Below are positions 60,591 through 64,000 of a stretch of 64,000 bases of DNA, one piece after another. The notes under the pieces were generated by a model. It had not been told where the DNA came from. It ran no database searches and worked only from the letters and a program-made list of their open reading frames with translations. The stretch lies in assembly GCA_965279375.1 (NCBI GenBank), contig OZ257156.1, positions 2,432,001 to 2,496,000 of the forward strand. Reading direction: 5' to 3'. Numbering within the stretch: the stretch's first letter is position 1; each line of letters begins with the position of its first letter. The translations under genes and the position numbers were made by a program. This DNA is from Gemmatimonas sp. (lineage in GTDB: Bacteria > Gemmatimonadota > Gemmatimonadetes > Gemmatimonadales > Gemmatimonadaceae).

Positions 60591-61300
60591 GCGAACAGCT
60601 TGCTGCGGAAGGTGAGGAGCTGCATGAAGGCGCGGGCGCAGAACTTGATCAGCTTGAAGCGTCGGATGGACACGACACCGGTCTGGCGTTCTCGATGACT
60701 GACCGGAACGTACGCGATGCGGAAGCCGCGCTTCGCCACGAACACGGCGAGGAAGAGCGACGGCGCGAGCGTGTCAGCGGGGATGAGCGGACGCGCTTCT
60801 TCCCACAGGCGACGCTTGATGAGCTTGAACGGTACGTTGGCGTCCTTGATGCGGACGCCGAACAGCAGAGGCAAGGCGCCGCGAATGACCTTGGTGAGCC
60901 ACAGGCGAAAGGTCGGGTCTTCGCGCTGGATGCGCACGCCAAAGGCGGCGTCGTGGCCGTTCTCGATTTCGGCGCAGAGCGGCTGCACTTCAGTGAGCGG
61001 GATCTGGCGATCGGAGTCGAGGAAGAGCAGGAGCTCGCCGTTGGCCGCTTCGATCGCGGTACGCAGGGCAGGGCCGTGGCCGCCGTTGACCTGATGTACG
61101 ACCCGGATTCTCGGATCGGCGGCACAGATGCGATCGAGGATGGCGCCTGTGCTGTCTCGCGATCCGTCGTTAACCACGACCAGCTCGGATCCGGCAATGC
61201 GATCGAGCACGAACTCGCGCACTTCGGAGGTGGCAGCCTCGATCGCCCCTTCCTCGTTGTACGCCGGCATCACGACGCTGAGTGACGGTCGCGCGGTCAT
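60587..61300 (-). CDS. GT2 glycosyltransferase (DPM1-like)
   Basis: VMPAYNEE, VNDGSRDST, NGGHG.A, FLDSDRQ, DANVPFKL and H.ER..G. Confidence 0.88.
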   Translation of the reverse strand: MTARPSLSVVMPAYNEEGAIEAATSEVREFVLDRIAGSELVVVNDGSRDSTGAILDRICAADPRIRVVHQVNGGHGPALRTAIEAANGELLLFLDSDRQIPLTEVQPLCAEIENGHDAAFGVRIQREDPTFRLWLTKVIRGALPLLFGVRIKDANVPFKLIKRRLWEEARPLIPADTLAPSLFLAVFVAKRGFRIAYVPVSHRERQTGVVSIRRFKLIKFCARAFMQLLTFRSKLFA

Positions 61301-62904
61301 AGGGCAGCGCGCACCGAGTAACGACGCACGGGCCGATCGGCACCCGTGAGCAACGTCAACGAGAGTCCACCGGGGATCTGCGTCCGCAAAAAGGCTTCGT
61401 CATCGGCGCTCCAAGCCGTCATCCATACCTCGTCATCGGCCTTCACAGGCAGTGTGGTCATTGCGCGATACTCAGGGACGCGCCGAGCAATCGCCATCAG
61501 GCGCGCTCCGCCCAGCTCCATCCACGTTTCCGTAGCGAAGACCGGACCGGGTGCGCGCGAGATGTACTTGGCGCCGTGCACGTTGGCGTAGAAGTGGAAG
61601 GCGTGGCCGTTCCACCCGGACAACAGCACGACGACTGTACGCCCCTTCGCGCCACCGGCAGCCACCGTCGCGAGGCCGCTGTCCATCGGCCACTCCGTGT
61701 AACTCGCTCGCCCAAACGGCCCGCTGCGCAGCGACTGCGAAAAGAGCGTCGGGGAGACGTACGTCTTGTACAGGAGGGCGCCGGTCCACATGGGGCCAAC
61801 CTGCGTCTCGAACTGCGACTCGTTGAGCAGGGTCCGCCAGGAGCTTGGCGAGAACCAGCCGAGCCCCACGAAGAGCGGCGCCACACAGACGGCGAAGAGC
61901 ACGGCGGCTGCGGATCGCACGCGGGCGGGCGCGAGCAGGCGAGGCAGCGCGACGGCACCGACTGCCGACAAGACGGCAACCGGAATGATGGTTGGAATGA
62001 AGTAGCGCGGCGTGGTGGTTGCGCCGAAGTAGAAAGCAAAGAGTGGTATGCACCACGCGGCGGTCAGCGCGAGCAGTGCGCGCCGCGTCCGTGCGAGTTC
62101 GGTGACACCCACGACGGCCAGGGCGAGCGCCACCGGCGAGGTCGACCAGACCAGATACTCCCAGAACTTGGTCGGGAACGGATTCGTGAGGTGACTGCCG
62201 ACGTCGTCGGTTGCGGTCGCCATTCGAGGATCGAGGGCAAACAGTGTGGCGTACAGCGCGCCCAGCACGACGACATACGGCGCGCCGCGGAGCAGCACAT
62301 CGCGGATGTTCCCGTAACGCTGCCAGAGCAGTACCGCGATGAACGGTGACGCGAGGACGGTATCTGCCCGCACGAAGACGGCGGCGGCGAAGAACGCCAG
62401 TCCGATGGTTTCGCCGAGGCGTCCCGGGTGCTGCGACAGCCACGCCACGGAGATCGCCAGCAATGCAATTGCGGGCGTTGTGCTGTTGCCGTAGGTACTC
62501 GACATCCAGAGGATCGGATTGATCGCCAGGAAGCCGCCGAGGACCCACCGTTCTGTCATCGTCAGCAGGGCCGGGAAGCTCACGAGCCCGCAGATGGGGA
62601 TGATGGCACCGGCCGTCGCCGACAAGGCGATCATGATGACCGGAACGAGTCGCGGGTTTCCGCCGAGCAGAAGATCGATGCCCTGCACGAGGCGGTGATA
62701 GCCGACCTGCGGACCGTAGCGATAGCTGTCTGCGACCTCGTTGTGCCTGATCAGCGCAACGATGCCGTCCGCGAGAGAGACCTCGTCAACCTGCCAGAAC
62801 CATGCGAAGTGTCCCCCCAAAAGTCGCGCGGCGAGCAGCGCGAGGAACAGCGCTGCCAGCGTGAACGGACTGGGTGTCTCGTGGTTCGAGGCAGGGGTCA
62901 GCAT
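61297..62904 (-). CDS. Polytopic membrane protein, probable GT-C fold glycosyltransferase
   Basis: WQVDE motif after TM1, about 10 TM segments, R.D and PRY motifs, soluble C-terminal domain. Start ATG 62904 chosen. Confidence 0.6.
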   Translation of the reverse strand: MLTPASNHETPSPFTLAALFLALLAARLLGGHFAWFWQVDEVSLADGIVALIRHNEVADSYRYGPQVGYHRLVQGIDLLLGGNPRLVPVIMIALSATAGAIIPICGLVSFPALLTMTERWVLGGFLAINPILWMSSTYGNSTTPAIALLAISVAWLSQHPGRLGETIGLAFFAAAVFVRADTVLASPFIAVLLWQRYGNIRDVLLRGAPYVVVLGALYATLFALDPRMATATDDVGSHLTNPFPTKFWEYLVWSTSPVALALAVVGVTELARTRRALLALTAAWCIPLFAFYFGATTTPRYFIPTIIPVAVLSAVGAVALPRLLAPARVRSAAAVLFAVCVAPLFVGLGWFSPSSWRTLLNESQFETQVGPMWTGALLYKTYVSPTLFSQSLRSGPFGRASYTEWPMDSGLATVAAGGAKGRTVVVLLSGWNGHAFHFYANVHGAKYISRAPGPVFATETWMELGGARLMAIARRVPEYRAMTTLPVKADDEVWMTAWSADDEAFLRTQIPGGLSLTLLTGADRPVRRYSVRAAL

Positions 62905-62950
62905 CTGCAAGGTGAGGGGGGAACACGGCCGTACTCGAGGCGTGCGGCGG

Positions 62951-63109
62951 TCAGAAGATCGTGTAGATGAACGGTGCGAGCACGGATCCCTTCGCAAACA
63001 CGAGCAGCGCGCCGACGCCGAGCATCAGCAGGATGATCGGCAGGAGCCAGAACTTTCGGCGGACGCGCATGAACTCCCACAGTTCACCCAGCAGGCCAGT
63101 GCGTTCCAT
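62951..63109 (-). CDS. Small membrane protein DUF5989 (SxtK-like)
   Basis: 52 aa: ELWEFMRVRRKFWLLPII...GSVLAPFIYTIF, a characteristic family sequence. Confidence 0.88.
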   Translation of the reverse strand: MERTGLLGELWEFMRVRRKFWLLPIILLMLGVGALLVFAKGSVLAPFIYTIF

Positions 63110-63141
63110 CGCTAGAGTCCCTTCGGAAGAGTGTTCATCGC

Positions 63142-63549
63142 CTAGAACTGTCGGCGCATGGAATTTGGTGCGTCGGAGCGCGGATCGTGGGGCATCCACG
63201 CGCTCCGTGACTCACGCTTGGGTGCAAGCGGATCCCGTCCAAGCAGGCGAATGATAAGACCGGTCGGCGTCAGCACAACGAAGTACACGATGCCCATGAA
63301 CAGCGGCGTCGTCACCTTCGACATGGCGTGCGCGAGCCCCATCCACGCGGCAAAGACGGGCCCGAGTTTCGCGGGAATCGCGACGCCCAGCACCACCAAC
63401 GACCCGCCCAAGGCGAGGAGCACCTGCGGCGACGTGGTGTGACCGCGCCAACGCGACACGGCGGCGAGGACCAGAAAGGCCGCGCCGACGGTGAGTCCGA
63501 ACTTCCGCCCTTCGGCGGCGGTCAGTCGAGCTGGAATTCTTTCTGCCAT
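63142..63549 (-). CDS. SxtJ-family membrane protein
   Basis: RKFGL.VG, WM.LA.......P..MG.VYF.VLTP.GL..RL.GRDPL, M.RQF. Confidence 0.85.
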   Translation of the reverse strand: MAERIPARLTAAEGRKFGLTVGAAFLVLAAVSRWRGHTTSPQVLLALGGSLVVLGVAIPAKLGPVFAAWMGLAHAMSKVTTPLFMGIVYFVVLTPTGLIIRLLGRDPLAPKRESRSAWMPHDPRSDAPNSMRRQF

Positions 63550-64000
63550 TCACCAGTCTCCTTCCACTCCGGCTGCGCGGACTTCTCGAGCACGAAGGGG
63601 CAGAGCACAAGCACGTCGATGTGCGTGCGCATGAAGCAGCGATACGCGTCGGCGGGCGAACAGACGATCGGTTCACCGCGAACGTTGAAGGACGTGTTGA
63701 TCAGCACTCCGCAGCCAGTCTGTCGCTCGAACGCCTTGAGCAGCGCGTAGTAGTTGGGGCTCACCTGCTCGTCGACGGTCTGCACGCGTGCGGAGTAGTC
63801 GATGTGCGTGACGGCTGGAATGTCGGAGCGCGGCACGTTGAGCTGGTCGATGCCCCAGAGATTCTTCTGCTCTTCCGTCATCGGGATGCGACGGCTCTCC
63901 TGCACCGGTGCGACGAGCAGCATGTACGGAGAATCGCAGTCCATCTCGAAGTATTCGTTGACGCGTTCGCGCAGCACACTCGGCGCAAACGGGCGAAATC
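63522..64000 (-). CDS. O-carbamoyltransferase (NodU/CmcH/SxtI family), C-terminal part (5' partial)
   Basis: FRPFAP, SPYMLLVA, IPAVTHIDYSARVQTV, NTSFNVRGEPIVC.P.DAYRCFM.T. Confidence 0.92.
   Translation of the reverse strand, partial: FRPFAPSVLRERVNEYFEMDCDSPYMLLVAPVQESRRIPMTEEQKNLWGIDQLNVPRSDIPAVTHIDYSARVQTVDEQVSPNYYALLKAFERQTGCGVLINTSFNVRGEPIVCSPADAYRCFMRTHIDVLVLCPFVLEKSAQPEWKETGEWQKEFQLD

Noticed and set aside
62951..64000. Saxitoxin biosynthesis
   Set aside because: Only sxtI/J/K-like genes are present; no sxtA/G/B-like genes in the window, and the context is glycosylation.

Overview
High-GC bacterial window. Gene content and style suggest Gemmatimonadota (inference only). Almost all of it is one large cell-surface glycan locus. 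(i) About 1-49 kb is a Wzx/Wzy-type exopolysaccharide cluster: O-antigen ligase/polymerase-like gene, flippase, Wzc, Wza-like SLBB protein, priming sugar transferase and five GT2/GT4 enzymes. It also carries many tailoring genes: three AsnB-type amidotransferases, an AlgD-like nucleotide-sugar dehydrogenase, TylF methyltransferase, acyltransferase-3, FemAB-like, GNAT, CysE-like acetyltransferase and heparinase II/III. An exosortase + EpsI pair and a sigma54-type response regulator/histidine kinase pair lie within it. Core genes are interleaved (metH, yitJ-like HMT/MTHFR, gltA). (ii) About 49-64 kb holds two convergent operons that look like lipid-carrier glycosylation machinery: polyprenyl-P-type GT2s, GT-C membrane proteins, a flippase-like protein, an SDR + GMC oxidoreductase, a fungal/trypanosomatid-type UDP-galactopyranose mutase and a carbamoyltransferase-SxtJ-SxtK-like triad. 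No rRNA, tRNA, CRISPR array, integrase or transposase was seen. All calls come from motif recognition by eye; no searches were run.
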